Assembly: GCF_006345805.1 (NCBI RefSeq)
Contig: NC_042997.1
Span: forward strand, 195,238,001 to 195,302,000
Origin: Octopus sinensis
Lineage: Eukaryota
Direction of reading: 5' to 3'
DNA length: 64,000 nt
Part shown: positions 9,536 through 59,310 of the stretch, one piece after another
Position numbering within the stretch: position 1 is the stretch's first letter
Layout: every line of letters starts with the position of its first letter
Made by a program: the position numbers and the translations under genes
Notes under the pieces: generated by a model
Databases searched by the model: none
What the model saw: only the letters and a program-made list of their open reading frames with translations
Told to the model about the DNA's origin: nothing

Positions 9536-12500
9536 AAAGGATATTATACTGCAATCCTTGTAATTTAACTTAATCAGAATATATCTACACATCATCTGTT
9601 GAGAGCATTCTTCTCTATGGACTATGAAGGAGTATCAAAATCATCTTGATGGTATATACATGGGGCTTCTCAAGAGAGATCACAATATCTTTCAAGGTAA
9701 GAGTAGAAGGCTTAAAAAGATTTATGGACACATTCCACCCACCTCTACTGTTGTTCCATGCAGGCTAGGATTATATATATATATAAAATCAATGACCCAA
9801 GTACTTATTTGATCAATTTCAGAAGGCTGAAAAGCAAAATTTTTATAAAACCACTTGTTGGATCATACTGCCTGTGTTAATTTTGCCTTCTGTTCTTCTG
9901 TCAGATAAAATAGGTACCTGAATTGTGACAATTAAAACTCAGGTATTTGCTTTATCTATAGCGGAAGGATAAAAAGCAAATATTTTTCGATCCTGTTTCA
10001 ATTAGATATGTCAAATGACCTAACCAAATACAAGGTAATTTATCAGACGTTCTTCCAATTCTGTAAGTAGATGGTTTTGAAATTGAAGGTTTTGATATTA
10101 CTCTTTTACTTATTTCAGTCATTTGACTATGGCCATGCTGGAGCTTCGCCTTTAGTTGAGCAAATCGACCCCAGGACTTATTCTTAGTAAGCCTAGTACC
10201 TTTTGCCGAACCGCTAAGTTATGGGGATGTAAACACACCAGCATCGGTTGTCAAGTAATATTGGGGGGGGGGACGACAAAAATAGACACACATACATATA
10301 TATACATATGACAAGCTTCCTTCAGTTTCTGTCTACCAAATCCACTCACAAGGCTTTGGTCTTACTGAATCTATAATAGAAGACACTTACCCAAGGTGTC
10401 ACGCAGTGGAACTGAGCCCGGAACCATGTGGGTCGTAAGCAAGCTACTTACCACACAGCCACTCCTACGCCTGTTAGACAGTGATTAAGAATTCACCGAA
10501 TATATGAGATTTAACGAAGTTAAAATTTATATAGGGAGAACAAAACAAGACTGATATTAATGATTTTCGTCTGAAAAAAATACAAAAAACAAAACATCCT
10601 ATTGCAAACAGTTGTTGTTTGTTCCTTCTCAAGCCACGCCTGGCTTGTAAGGGCCGGTTCACTGGTGTATAGGTTCCCCACCTGGACGGGATGCTGGTCT
10701 GTCATAGGTGAGCTGCTAGATGTAGGGGAAAAAGAGTCAGCAGAAGTTTGCCATTATTTTCTGCCTGAGTCGCATGGAGGTTAAGTTTTTCGCTCATAAA
10801 CATGCGTCGCCCAGTCTGAGATTTGAACCCACGACCCCTGCTCTAACCACTAAGCCTCTATACTGCTTCTTTTTCTTTTATCCACTTTGAGCTTACAAGG
10901 AAGCTGCTATGTGGGTAAACAGAAGCAGAATATCCTTCTAATTTACATTCGAGCATCATAGAATAAAAAAAAAAACACATCAGATAATACAGTCTTGGGA
11001 TTTCTGTGCCTGAAGGGGTGATCACAATTGGAATGCTCTTCATCATTGAACTGACCTGGGGCTAAACAACAGATTTATCAATTACAAAAGATTGAAAGGG
11101 AGCCAGCACTGAGAGGACTCAAACTGAAATATGGAGCATTTCATTTTAGAGCCTTGTTACTTTCATGACTTTACAATATTCTTTCCTACTCTAGGCACAG
11201 GGCTTGAAATTTTTTGGGAGGGGGCTAGTCGATTAGATCGACCCCAGTATGCAACTGGTACTTAATTTATTGACCCCTGAAAGGATGAAAGGGAAAGTTG
11301 ACCTCAGAACGTAAAAACAGATGAAATATTGCTAAGCATTTCACCCAGTATGCTAATGTTTATTTCTTTATTGCCCACAAAGGGCTAAACAAGGACAGAC
11401 AAAGGGATTAAATCGATTAAATCGATCCCAGTGTGTAACTCGTACTTAATTTATCGACCTCGAAAGGATGAAAGGCAAACTTGACCTCGGCAGAATTTGA
11501 ACTCAGAATGTAATTGGCAGACAAAATACCTATTTCTTTACTACCCACAAGGGGCCAAACACAGAGAGGACAAACGGATTAATCAATTACATCGACCCCA
11601 GTACGTAACTGGTACTTAATTTATCGACCCTGAAAAGATGAAAGGCAAAGTCGACCTCGGCAGAATTTGAACTCAGAACGTAACGGCAGACAAAATACCG
11701 CTAAGCATTTCGCCCAGCATGCTAACGTTTATGCCAGCTTGCTACCTTCATGACTTTACAATATTTCTAATAGAAGTTCACACTAAACTCACTGCTTTAA
11801 TAACAATACAATCGTTGTTGTTTGTTCTTTCTTGAGCCATGCCTGACTCGTAAAGGCAAGTTTTATTGGCGTATAGGTTCCTCAACTGGATGGGATGCCA
11901 GTCCATCACAAGTGAGCTGCTAGATGCAGGAGAAAATAAAAAGAGTGCGAGAAAGTTGTGAAAGAGTCAGCAGAAGCTTGCCATTACCTTCTGCCAGAGT
12001 CGCGTGGAGCTTATCGAACCCTTGACTGTGAGTCCACTGCTCTAACCATTAGGTCATGTGCCTCCACAATACAATCAATACTTTACATTAATTATCTTAA
12101 TGTCCACTTATTTGAGCTTGTATGGGTCAGATGGAATTCGAGTGAGATTTTTCTAAAGCTGGATTATGTTCTTGGAACCAAACCGGACTTGTTTTCATAC
12201 AAAGTAATATTTCTCAATGTTTGACAATCAGTCCCACTACATGGCACTTTGGGCAAGTGTCTTCTACTATAGCCTTGGGGAGACTAAAGCCTTGTGAGTG
12301 GAGTTGGTAGACGGAAACTGAAAGAAGCCCGTCATATATATATTTATGTGCGTGTGTTTGGGTTTGTCCCCCAACATCGCTTGACAACTGATATTGGTGT
12401 GTTTACATCCCTGTAACTTAGCGGTTTGGCAAAAGAAACCGCTAGAATAAGTACTAGGATTACAAAGAATAAGTCCTGGGGTTGATTTGCTCAACTAAAG

Positions 12501-13189
12501 GCGGTGCTCCAGTATGGCCACAGTCAAATGACTGAAACAAGTAAAAGAGTATTGGAATGAGATGATTTGGCACAGCTGACTGGACATTCAGCCGTCTTGG
12601 TGCTGGAGTAAAACACAGAAACATCAGTTGTGTTTTCTATGCTGGCATGGGTTGGATGGTTTCACAGGAGCTGGTAAGGCCAAGATCCACACTAGGTTCC
12701 ATTGTCTGCTTTGGCATGGTTTCTACAGCTGGATTCTGTTCCTAACACCCACAACTTTACAGAATGTACTGGGTGCTTTTAATGTGGCACCAGTACCGAC
12801 AGGGTCACCAAGTACTTTGCAAGACAAAAAAACCCCTCCACTGGGAGTGGGGAAACATATAAAGATAGAAAGAGTGAAAGAGAGCGAGCAAGATAATTTA
12901 TTAATTGAACATGGTTGATAAACACTTTACCTCTCATACAGAGAGAGAGAGAGAAAGAGGGAGAGCAATGAGAGAAACAGTAAAAGGAATGTCAGGTATC
13001 AAATAAGTCAACATCGAACCAGTGATGCCAAAATGTCTCATAGCCAATGTTCCTCTATTAATTGTACAATCTTTCAAAGTTAAGCGAGAAGCCAAGCTTC
13101 GACATTTACAAAAAAGCATTTCAGCTGATGAAGAAACCACTAAATGGCCGTTTGATTTACAATAACCAGCAGCTAAATTTTCTTCAAAT

Positions 13190-13773
13190 GGACCTTTTCG
13201 GTTTGAACGGCAGTTTTTAAAAATAATTTCTAGGTAACTAAAAAATTTTAAACTTCGTATACTTGTAGAATGTGTTTATAAAACATCTTTTTTCTCTTGG
13301 CTTTATTGAGAAAATTCTATAGTTTGTAAGATATTTCTTGTTTTTTTCTTCAATTTCTGCAATTTCAACCAATCACTGATGTCTATTGAGGTAAAAAAAA
13401 AAATTCTGTGCCGTATGAATATGTCCCTCGTTTAAGAAACAGATTGGGTTTATTTACATTTGTGAAGAAAAAAAGATACCCTTACTCCCCACCCCTAACC
13501 CTAAAACAGATCGAAATGCAATAGATCAATACTAGAGTCATAGTTAAGTTAGTTAAGTTAATTTTTTGGCTCAAAAAGCAAAAAGCAAGGTCATGTAGGG
13601 GGACATGGAGTTATGTACAGGGAGGGTGTTCATGCAAAGAGTTCAGGCCATTTCTGGTCAAGAGAGACTTTGAACTGAGCGGTTGTCGGCATCTTCACTA
13701 TCTCGTCATAATTATGAGTGACAATTTCATATGACACGGCTAGAAAAAACTGCCGTTCAAACCGAAAAGATTC
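13190..13773. mobile_element. GGATC-family MITE (GAACGGCAG subfamily), with a nested retro-fragment at ~13550-13706
   Basis: 8-bp TSD CTTCAAAT at 13182-13189 and 13774-13781. Confidence 0.88.
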
Positions 13774-14279
13774 CTTCAAATAATACCATACCATCTTCAA
13801 AAATGGATAAATGCAAAATGGTTAAAGTAAGTTCTTGAATATGTTATACGAAAGATGGGAGTAGGGTTAGGGTTTGGGTTGAATGATGGTTGCATGAGAC
13901 AGGTTCATCACACACAATTATTTGCTCCACCCCCACAACTCACGACTACAAAAATGGTTCTGAGTGATACCTCTTGGTTTGACTCACTATCTGCATGCCA
14001 AAGGACTGCCCTGGAACTACAACAACAACAAACTACTGGAGCCGTGTCAACGAGCGGCTCTCTACACAGTTGCTCAACCTGCTAGAAATAGCAACAAAAA
14101 ATAAAAAACATGTTACTGTTTAAATAACGAAAAAGGATGGACACATTGTAGTTCTTGCTGGAGGATGATGATAGTTCAACAATGATAACTCTAATGAGAA
14201 CTTTAGATAGATTGATGATGATGATGATGGAGAGCTTGTATCAAAACTTATAGAAAAGCATGTCTCAAAGTCTCCAATT

Positions 14280-15546
14280 TCAGGCATAAGAAACTATATT
14301 TATTTTTGTGGTTGGACCAGCTTTGAAAGTACATATTACCAGAACCTGAGAATTATCTTTCCGACAAAGAAAATTTAACAGATTTATTATCTTTGTAAGA
14401 ATTATAGAATTATTTTTATAGTCATCTCACAAAGATTATGGCCAATGTATGTTGTTTATCCCCGTAAACTTGACATTTGACATTTTCGTGACCATATCTC
14501 TAACGAAGTACAATGCCTGTGTTGGAATTAATTACGAAAAAATAACCTGGAATTTTGGAGGTTTTAGTAAAATATCTAACTGTTTAAATATATTAAGTTG
14601 GTATATTCAGAACATGACAAAATAAAGAGAAAAAAAGTTCTTAAATAAAATTATGGTGATAGGTCTTGTATGAAGTGCAGGAACAGGCAAGTTGGTTTGG
14701 ATAGGAGACAGAGACAGAGAGAGAGTGGTAGAGAGAGGTAGAGAAAATAAAATCAATGAAAGAAAACAAAACAAAAGAAAAAAAAACCCAGTTTATTTAT
14801 AAAGACATGCATACAGATATTCCTAGTGAGCATGAATACAGCAATATTGCGTGGTGGACATATTCGTCCGCCGTGAAACTACACTAAAGCACAGGAGAGA
14901 AATAGTTCACTAAAGCACAGCTAGAGTGACTACTATTAAACTAAGGTGTAACATCCAAAGCAGCAGAGGCATCCATATGGTTGTATTATCTGCTCTATGA
15001 GCTGCTATAACTATTAAATGGGATGGTAAAGGAAAAGACAAGTAATAAGGAATACATAAAGCATTATAAGAGATAGAGATGGATAGATGATAGATAGATA
15101 AAAAGAGTGAAGGTTTAGACAAGAGGGAGAATAAAGCGACAGACGGAAGAGAGAAGCAATATAGAGGAGATAGATAGATAGATAGGTAGAGAGAGAGAGA
15201 GAGATGTGTTGAAGGGATAGTAAGGGAGAACAACAACAACAAAAATTTAAAAGCCAAAAATATGCAAAATAATAAAAAAAAAAAGGGTTTCAATGAATGA
15301 AAAAAAAGAGAGAAGGGGGGGAAACTGGGGGTTGGTGGGAAGGGATTTGGAAGATTAGTGAAATGATAATGAACGATCTAATCCAGTGTAAAGTTGCGGA
15401 TGGGAGAGTGAGTAGGGGTTAGGGGTGGGTGGGGTGGATGGTTGTTTGAGAGAAAAAAATTATGTTGTTAGTAATGAGAGTCTGGTAATATAGTAACTTG
15501 TAAATAATAAAAGAAATAAAAATAATAATAGTAAAAAAAAAAAGTT

Positions 15547-15582
<36 letters not shown>

Positions 15583-16131
15583 CATACACACAGACAAAAT
15601 AGGCGCACGGTTGTGTGCAGCAGCTGGTTTGATATTTAGGGAGAAATAGTCAGCCGAAAGAGGGGACGAAGGCCAAAATAATGCAGAGAGGGTGACATGG
15701 CAGAAGAACGAAAAAGAGAGAAAGAAAGAAAGAAAGAAAGAAAGAAAAAAAACAGAAAAAAAAAAAAACTAAACAAAAACAAGGATGCATTTGCAGATCC
15801 CAGTCCCTAATGGCTAATAAGCCATAACTCTATGAAGAGGCTGGAGGTTGGAATGGCTTCTGCACTATGGTCCAAAGTAAATCAGTAGTGGTAGTGGTGG
15901 TGGTGGTGGTGGTGGTGTGGTGAAATGGAGAAAAAAGAATGAAGTTTCCATTGAAATGGTAAAGATCAACTGAGTGATATGCATTGTGGACACTTGTTTT
16001 TTTTTTTTGGTTATTTTGTCTTTTTTTTTTTCTCTTTCAAGACATGGTACTGTAAATAAATGGATCAATGTGGGTTCGTCAGTAGTTTTTCGTCCAATAT
16101 CTTGATGTACAAACGTCTTATTATTATTAGT
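14280..16131 (-). other. CTNNB1: Probable long 3'UTR of CTNNB1 (distal end uncertain)
   Basis: About 1.85 kb after the stop with no recognisable SINE/MITE; pyrimidine-rich on the mRNA strand; candidate AATAAA (+ strand tttatt) at 14792, 14383 and 14299. Confidence 0.55.
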
Positions 16132-51951
<35,820 letters not shown>

Positions 51952-52684
51952 CTTTGAAATACACCAGTGGTTCTGAAAGGAAAATAGAGAAGAAAAAAAT
52001 AAGCATTTTTAATAGGTTTATAATTAACATAATATTATAGAGTGCAAGTACAACAAAAGCTTTTTAACAAAAGGTGTGTACCATAACGGGGTCTGCCATT
52101 GTTTTTCTTTTTTTTTTCACATGCTAGAATTAGGTTAGATGTATATTTATTTGAGGTATATTTTACAGCCAAATGTCCCTCCTGTTGTCAACTCTTACCT
52201 GTTCTGCAAGCAAGATAATTTTTTTTTTAATATTACAAATGGTCTTCAAAAAATTAAACCACTATCTGTTTCAGGTAGAAGTCTATGAAATTTCATAGTA
52301 GTTGTTGAGACTTTAGAAATTCTCAACAAAAAGTTATTTACTGGACATTCGAATAAAAAAAAAAATACAACAACTATACAATGAAAACAAATAGACACCA
52401 TTTACAACCTGTCTACATTAGATGAAAGGCAAGTATTGTTTGCATAAAATCCAGAAAATTGCTTTATTATTAAGAACAAAATTATTTTAAAGTTTAAAAG
52501 CAAGATACAGACTACACCAAATTACAGTGGATTAGGATTTGAAGAAGGTATAAACTGAGCAGAGGAATAGTTAGGACTTCTATTTATTTTACTGAGCAGG
52601 AAAGAAATGCTAAATTAATTATGATAAAGCATCAAACTGAATCAGAAGACTTCTTGCTAGCATTCTACCTAGTAAGGTAAACTA

Positions 52685-53079
52685 GGATCTTTTCGGTTTA
52701 ACCGGCATTTTTTTCTAGCGGGGTCATATGAAATCGTCACTTATAATTATGACCCTGGTATCGATCTATTGCATTTCAATGTTTTAGGGTTAGGGGGAAG
52801 GGTATCTTTTTTTTCTTCAGAAATGTAAATAAACCCAATCTGTTTCTTAAACGAGGGACATATTCATATGGCACAGAATGTTTTTACCTCAATAGACATC
52901 ATTGATTGGTTGAAATTGAAGAAAAACAACAACAAATATCTTACAAACTATAGAATTTTCTCAATAAAGACAAGAGAAAAAGATGTTTTATAAACACATT
53001 CTACCAGTATACGAAGTTTAAAAGTGTTTAGTTACGTCGAAATTATTTTAAAAAACTGCCGTTCAAACTGAAAAGATCC
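52685..53079. mobile_element. GGATC-family MITE (GAACGGCAG subfamily), opposite orientation
   Basis: 8-bp TSD GTAAACTA at 52677-52684 and 53080-53087. Confidence 0.9.
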
Positions 53080-54760
53080 GTAAACTATTTTTCTGTTTCA
53101 TTATCTAAAATTAAGCAGTCTCTCCTAATACATCACCGTTACATTATTTTTCCCACCAGTATTCAATCATGAGAATTTCAAAACACCACAAATAAGTCTA
53201 AAACAAAAATCCCAGGCCATAATGTTCAGTCACAAAAGCTCATGATTGACCCCCATCCTTACCACTTGGACTTTCACAGATTTACACACACATCATCATC
53301 ATTTAACGTCTGTTGTCCATGCTGGCACATCGGAGACTCCAGTCTTATTTGGCATGGTTTTCTACAGCTGGATGCCCTTCCTAACACTCAGAGTGTAATG
53401 GGTGCTTTTATGTGCCACCAGCAAGAGTGCCAGTTGCATGATAAGCATGCAGGTCATATTCTAGTTCTTCGAAATACTAACTAGTCACAGAATGAAATGG
53501 GATTACCATTATTCTTATGGTACATAGAAACATGTGAGAAATAACCAAACACTGAGATCAGTTCAGGCTTCCCTCCTATGAGACTTTTATAGCTAATAAG
53601 TTATCATCATTTAATGTCCACTTTTCCATGATTGTATTGGCTGGACAGAATTTGTTGAGGCAGATTTTCTATGGTTGGATGCCGTTCCTGTGGAAGATTG
53701 GAAGTGTACTTACATTGCTTGTGTGATGCTGATGCACATTTGCAACCATCATGCGATGTCTAAACAAAGGCGCATGTACACACACACACACTATACAACA
53801 GGTTTCTTTCACTTTCTGTTTATCAAATCCACTCGGAAGGCTTTGGTCGGTCTGGGGCTATAGCAAAAGACACTTGCCCTGAAGGCTTTGGTCGGTCTGG
53901 GGCTATAGCAAAAGACACTTGCCCTAAGTGCTATGCTTGCACTTAGTGGTGGAGAATTTGATACTGTACAACTTACAACTGATAAAGAATATATTTGCTA
54001 TGTAACTGACTGGAAAAGGCTGGAATTGTATAACACTTATGTTAAGAGAGGCTGAGAGAGTGACTAATTTGAAGGAGTTTAATAATAACTCGTTAACTTG
54101 TTTATTTATTGGATCTATTAATTTGATGCTTTGGACAGTTTGAATACATAAAGGTTCTTCGATAAAAGACAATTTCTACCTATGCATTGCACTATCTGCC
54201 TTAATCCTTCAGGTTCACCAAATGGGAGCTTATCAGGATTTTTCAAAAGATTTAGGGCTGAAAGTACAAGACTAAACAGGATGTCTATAGTGCTATTCGT
54301 ACTCATTATCTGCATAAGTGTACTATGGCATCCTCCAGTCAGAGAATTGAACCTGTGATCTTAATAATTGTGAGTTCAACCCTAAGCACTAGGTCAATCA
54401 TCTTCACATAGTGCATTATGCTTTATTGTATGAGATTTCAGCCGAAAATAAGGACACTTAAAAATACAATTGGTTTTGAGTGGTTTGGTAAAACGAGACC
54501 AAGAACGGTTTTAGGCTGGTTAGAATGGGATGGGTAATTAAAGCATAAAGAAATCTTAATATGGTTGAAAAATATACAAAAACCAGAGACAGGTGAAAGA
54601 ACAGCAAACTGGGTGTATCAGTTTGATGTTGAAAAACAGAAATCTTTGGATGTTTTGATCCTATGCTCTTCTACAGAGAAAAAAAATATGAGGAGAGGAA
54701 ACAGATGGAGAGAGAAAAAAAATGGTGCCTGAATTAACAGTGCTACATGTTTGGATAATA

Positions 54761-56005
54761 TTGGGTCATCCCATAAATAGAGCAGTTTTTTCAGTTGCAT
54801 GAATTAAAAGTTGGAGGGAGACGAGATAAACTACCTGTATCAACTTTTATCTTGACTTTATTCTTAGTGCAAGTTTTGAAGAGTGCAGTTTGATTTTAAC
54901 AGTTATTTTTTCAAAGTTATAATGGAAGTAACAAAGGAACATATTCGGCATATTTTGCTTTACAAGATCAATAAAGGCAACAATGCAGTGGAAAGTGCAG
55001 GGAATATTAATGCAGTATATGGGGATCAGACAATAAGTGTGTCAGTGTCAATGGTGGTTCCAGAAACTACGGCCTAGAAGACGAGCCTCGTCCTGGAAGA
55101 TCTGTAGAACTCGATGTGGACGTCCTGCAAACCTCGGTGGAACAAAATCCCATCATAACTGTTGAGAAACTAGCAGAGAAGCTTGGATCTGGTCATTCAA
55201 CCATTCATTGACACCTGTGTGCCATTGGAAAAGCCAGCAAATTGGGTCAATGGGTTCCTCATAAACTTTCCGAGTCTAATCACAAGTAGAATAAATGCAT
55301 GCTTTACTTTGCTGTCACGTCTCATGAATGAACCTTTTTTTGGATCGATTAGTGGCTGGTGATGAGAAATGGGTTCTCTATAAAAATATCAAGTGCCGAA
55401 GATAGTGGGTGGGGGAAGGAGAACCACTGGCACCCCAGGCTAAAAAGGTCTTCACCCATGTAAGGTGTTGGTATCTGTTTCGTGGAATATGAAAGGTTTA
55501 GTCCACTTTGAACTTTTAAACTCGAACCAAATGATAAAGGAGATCTACTGTGAGCAGCCTGAGTAGCTTAAATCAGTGCCAGAAGAAAAATTACCATCTT
55601 TGGTTTCAAGATGAAAGGTGTTCTTCCATCAGGATAATGCTCAACCACATACAATGAAAATGACATTCCAAAGGCTGGAGCAGTTTGTATGGGAAACAAT
55701 GCCCCACCCACCATATTCCCTGGACATTGTCCCACCTGATTATCATTTATTCTGCAGTCTTCAAAATCATTTGGACGGACAAAATATGAATTCTGTAGAC
55801 AAGGTCAGAACAGTACTGGAAGAGTGTTTTTCATCATGGACAAGTGAATTTTGGAAGAGGGGCCTTGCAAGTCTACTAGATAACTGGAAGAGTATTGTAG
55901 AAAATGAAGGAGAGTATATTTTAGATTAAAAAAGAACTTTGTTTATCTTAATTCTGAAAAATGAAAGAAGTTTAAAAAAACCACATTATTTATGGGATGA
56001 CCCAA
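54761..56005 (+). mobile_element. Full-length decayed mariner transposon
   Basis: TIRs TTGGGTCATCCCATAAATA / TATTTATGGGATGACCCAA, TA TSD, 1245 bp. Confidence 0.93.
54922..55929 (+). pseudogene. Mariner DD34D transposase pseudogene
   Basis: MEVTKEHIRHILLY..., WVPHKL, GDEKW, HQDNAQPH, HPPYSLDIVPPDYHLF with 34 residues between the 2nd and 3rd Asp; interrupted by stops and frameshifts. Confidence 0.92.
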
Positions 56006-58688
56006 TATAATGGAGTTTCAACAGTCACATTAAATGAAGTCAAATTTCCATGAAGCAATTAATTCTCTTTCATTAACTGAAGATTATTGAAGCAAAATTC
56101 ACAAAATACTTTAAAAAAAAGTTGGAAAATGCACCATTGATTGTCATCGTTTAATGTCCGTTTTCCATGCTAGCATGAGTTGGACAGTTCGACCGGGGTC
56201 TGGGAAGCCAGGAGGCTGCACCAGGCTCAGTTGTGAGTGTAGTGGGTGCTTTTTACATGCCACTGGCACAGGTGCCAGGCGAGGCTGGCAATGGCCATGA
56301 TTGGTTGGTGCTTTTTACATGCAACTGGCACGGAAGCCAGTCAAGGTGGCGCTGGCATCGGCCACGTTCGGATGGTGCATTTTATGTGCCATCGGCCCAG
56401 GTATCACTGATATAAACTGCAAAACCTCATGTTAGAACTATAAACTTCTGTAGCAGCATTTCTTGAACACTAAACAACGGTGCTCAGAGTCAAGTAAAAC
56501 TATTGTGAACCAAAAAATTGAAATAATTATTTTATTCTTTTACCGTTTTAATTCACATTGGGGTATCACCTTTGTTGCAGTTGATTATACCTACCCCCTG
56601 TACTTTGGTATTTATTTTTAAAATATAAATAAGTACCTGATAAGTACTTTCATCTTGGAGGATAAAAGGCCAAGCCAACAGCGTAAAAAGGAGGTAAAGC
56701 TATATGGATCATAATGCCACAAAGATATTTTCATTTGAAGCATCAACATACACACACACACACATCTAATACTTCCACCCCAGAATAGGATGAAAGGCGA
56801 TGTCAACCGAGGCAAGCTAGATGGATTGTAATACCACAGTTGATGCTTCAACATCCCATGCCAGTAATAGAAACAGTTATATACATGCGCATACACACAC
56901 ACACACACGCATCTCTAAGAGGCCTTTGCACAACTTATGTGCACCTAGTTTCACCTAGCCATGGTGATGGCACAGTAGTATTGAACTGGGACCATATAGT
57001 TACAAACTTAATTACATCTGTGCCTGCACGCGTTATATTCTATATTCCCAAGCAATTTATTTAGAGAGTAACCCTCCCCATAAAGTTTGTTTCAAATCTG
57101 CCTGTTTACAGTCAAATGTTGAAAACATAATTAATCAATGTGAACAAATAAAAAAAACAAGCATGAAAGTTGATAATAAAAAGGTGTTCATTCTTAAGAA
57201 TGAAGGCAAAGATAAAAACAAAAATAAACCTCTTAGAATTATTAACGAAAAGAAGTAAAATAAAGAAGCGAACAGTAACACATCAAAAGTCATTTGTGAA
57301 GGTTGCTTTCTCTTGAAATGTTAATAAAAGTGTGAAAAAAAGATAAGGGGGGAAGAGAGAGAAGATAATGTATGTTTTGATTGCTAACAATTCCACTACA
57401 GCAATAGAGAGAGAGAGCTAACTAAAGTTAAAGCAAGCCATCTTAAAAGAAAATTACATGCACTACTGCAGTGATAATTACCACCCAGAGAAACCAAATG
57501 TAAAGAGGTGGGGCTTACAGAGGAAGCCACTAACATCAAAAGAACAGAAAATGAAGCTTTTTAAAATAAGTTCTACTTTATATTTATTGAGGATGGATTG
57601 AAGTGTTGATAACATGTTAGCTTAAAAAAGGAAAAAGAAAGAAACTAATCTTAATTGTAAAACATGCAAATTGGAGATATAAAAATCCTTTCAGCTTTCT
57701 TTATCACATACACCCAGCTTGAAATGAAAATAACTCTAAGTCATAAAAACATTAACCTAATATAACTAATTAAAAAAAAAAAAGAAAAAGAAACCCTTGT
57801 AGTTATTCTTTAAATTAGTAAAGTTACTTCTAACAGGGTGTTCTAAGAACCTGGCAATACCCAGCCCTTCCTGGTAAAGCTTGTCAAAATAGATATAAAT
57901 CTTTGCCAAAGAAACAAAGTAAGATTTCTGTTAAAATCTCAAACCCTAATCTTGAAACAAGTTTATAGGCTTCTGTATTAAATAAAAATAAGATTTGTGT
58001 ATATTTCAAACTGAATTAATTCCAATGTCGAAGTAAACCGTTGTTTCATTTTTCTGGTTATTCATAAAGGGATCATAAGGACAATTATTATGTCTTTGAT
58101 AGGGCAACAATAGGTTATCCGATTGAAGAATTAAGCGAAATAAAATGCAAGCAATTTGAAATTAGAACTGAATTGTAAGGTTATTTTCCAAATAAATATG
58201 AATGGCAGGTAGTTGTTCCCACCAAACACTCTGACTGGTTGCTTCACTCTGTTTCTTGTACTGCTAACTACAATGGTTTCGCCACTTCTCAGAGCTGGTT
58301 GGTCTCCTGCTGCAGCCTCTACAAATGTTCATCTAACACATTTGTCTCATCACCAATGCTAAATCTACTCCATCCAACTACCAACCTGCTCTAATAACTA
58401 TTCCCAATATGTCAACTCTGCAATTCCTTCCTGCTACTGTTCAAGGTGAACATGACCATATCTACTTCGTTGATCTTCGAAGGTCTGCGAAAGCGATGGA
58501 TGCGAAAGCGATGGATGCGGCCTCTTTCACCAAGCCATAAAAACAAATCTTTTTTTTATTAGAATCCCGACATTTTTACGTATTGTATACAATAAAGAGG
58601 TAAAAAATTTTTTTGCACTACTTGGTGACAATCACCAAAAACCTAAAATACACACGCAGTCTACTTACCACGCATTAAGACTGAAGTA

Positions 58689-58860
58689 CCATATTTGATG
58701 GCCTGAAAGACGCACCTTAATTTCAGCAGGGTATATTCAGGAAAAAAGTTTTCATAAATCGAAATTTATGGGAGGCCCAATTACGCACACAGAACCCGGA
58801 GTAATTTTCGAGACATTTAAAAAAAAACAGAAAGTGCGTCTTATGTGCCATCAAATACAG
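58689..58860. mobile_element. Tc1/pogo-like MITE
   Basis: TA|CCATATTTGATGGCCTGAAAGACGCAC ... GTGCGTCTTATGTGCCATCAAATACAG. Confidence 0.65.
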
Positions 58861-59039
58861 TTAAGACCAAAGTATTACTGTATCTTTAACTAAGAATTTG
58901 AATTAAATATAGATTTATGGTGAAAGACAATATAAGATAGTAGCATCATTAACAGAAAACTGATACAAACATGAAGAAGATTTCAATTTTGAGTATTTGT
59001 TTCTCCTGCAGTTCCACCCAGCTCTTAGTTGAGTTTTTT

Positions 59040-59310
59040 TTTTTTTTTTTATATATTCCTCAACTGGAACGTTTTGCTGGATGTGTAATGTCAGTGCGCA
59101 TGAACAAAGGCGCACAACTGTGCTGAGAGAATAACTTGGCATATATGATGACGAGTATGACGAAATGATAATTGGGCGTAAAAGTCTCAAACTATGCAAG
59201 GAGCCTGCAAAAATAGGAAGACTGAAGACGACATGGGAAGAAATTGCGACTCTCAAAGAACTGCGAAAGGGATTGTGTTGAAATGAAATTAACCTGTCCC
59301 GACATGGAAA
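59040..59310 (+). mobile_element. Decayed RTE LINE RT C-terminal fragment
   Basis: WMCNVSAHEQRRTTVLRE*LGI ... GRLKTTWEEI. Confidence 0.6.

Noticed and set aside
14910-15293. 127-aa hydrophobic ORF on the minus strand
   Set aside because: Low-complexity CU-rich sequence in the probable 3'UTR, with no recognisable domain.
53836-53925. 45-bp tandem duplication (and a 15-bp one near 58490-58520)
   Set aside because: Ordinary local slippage duplications, the first inside a SINE.
58663-58672. Consensus donor G|GTAAGT on the minus strand as the end of the CTNNB1 first non-coding exon
   Set aside because: A single 7-mer is expected by chance, it lies next to a MITE, and there is no supporting exon or promoter evidence; needs 5' RACE or RNA-seq.
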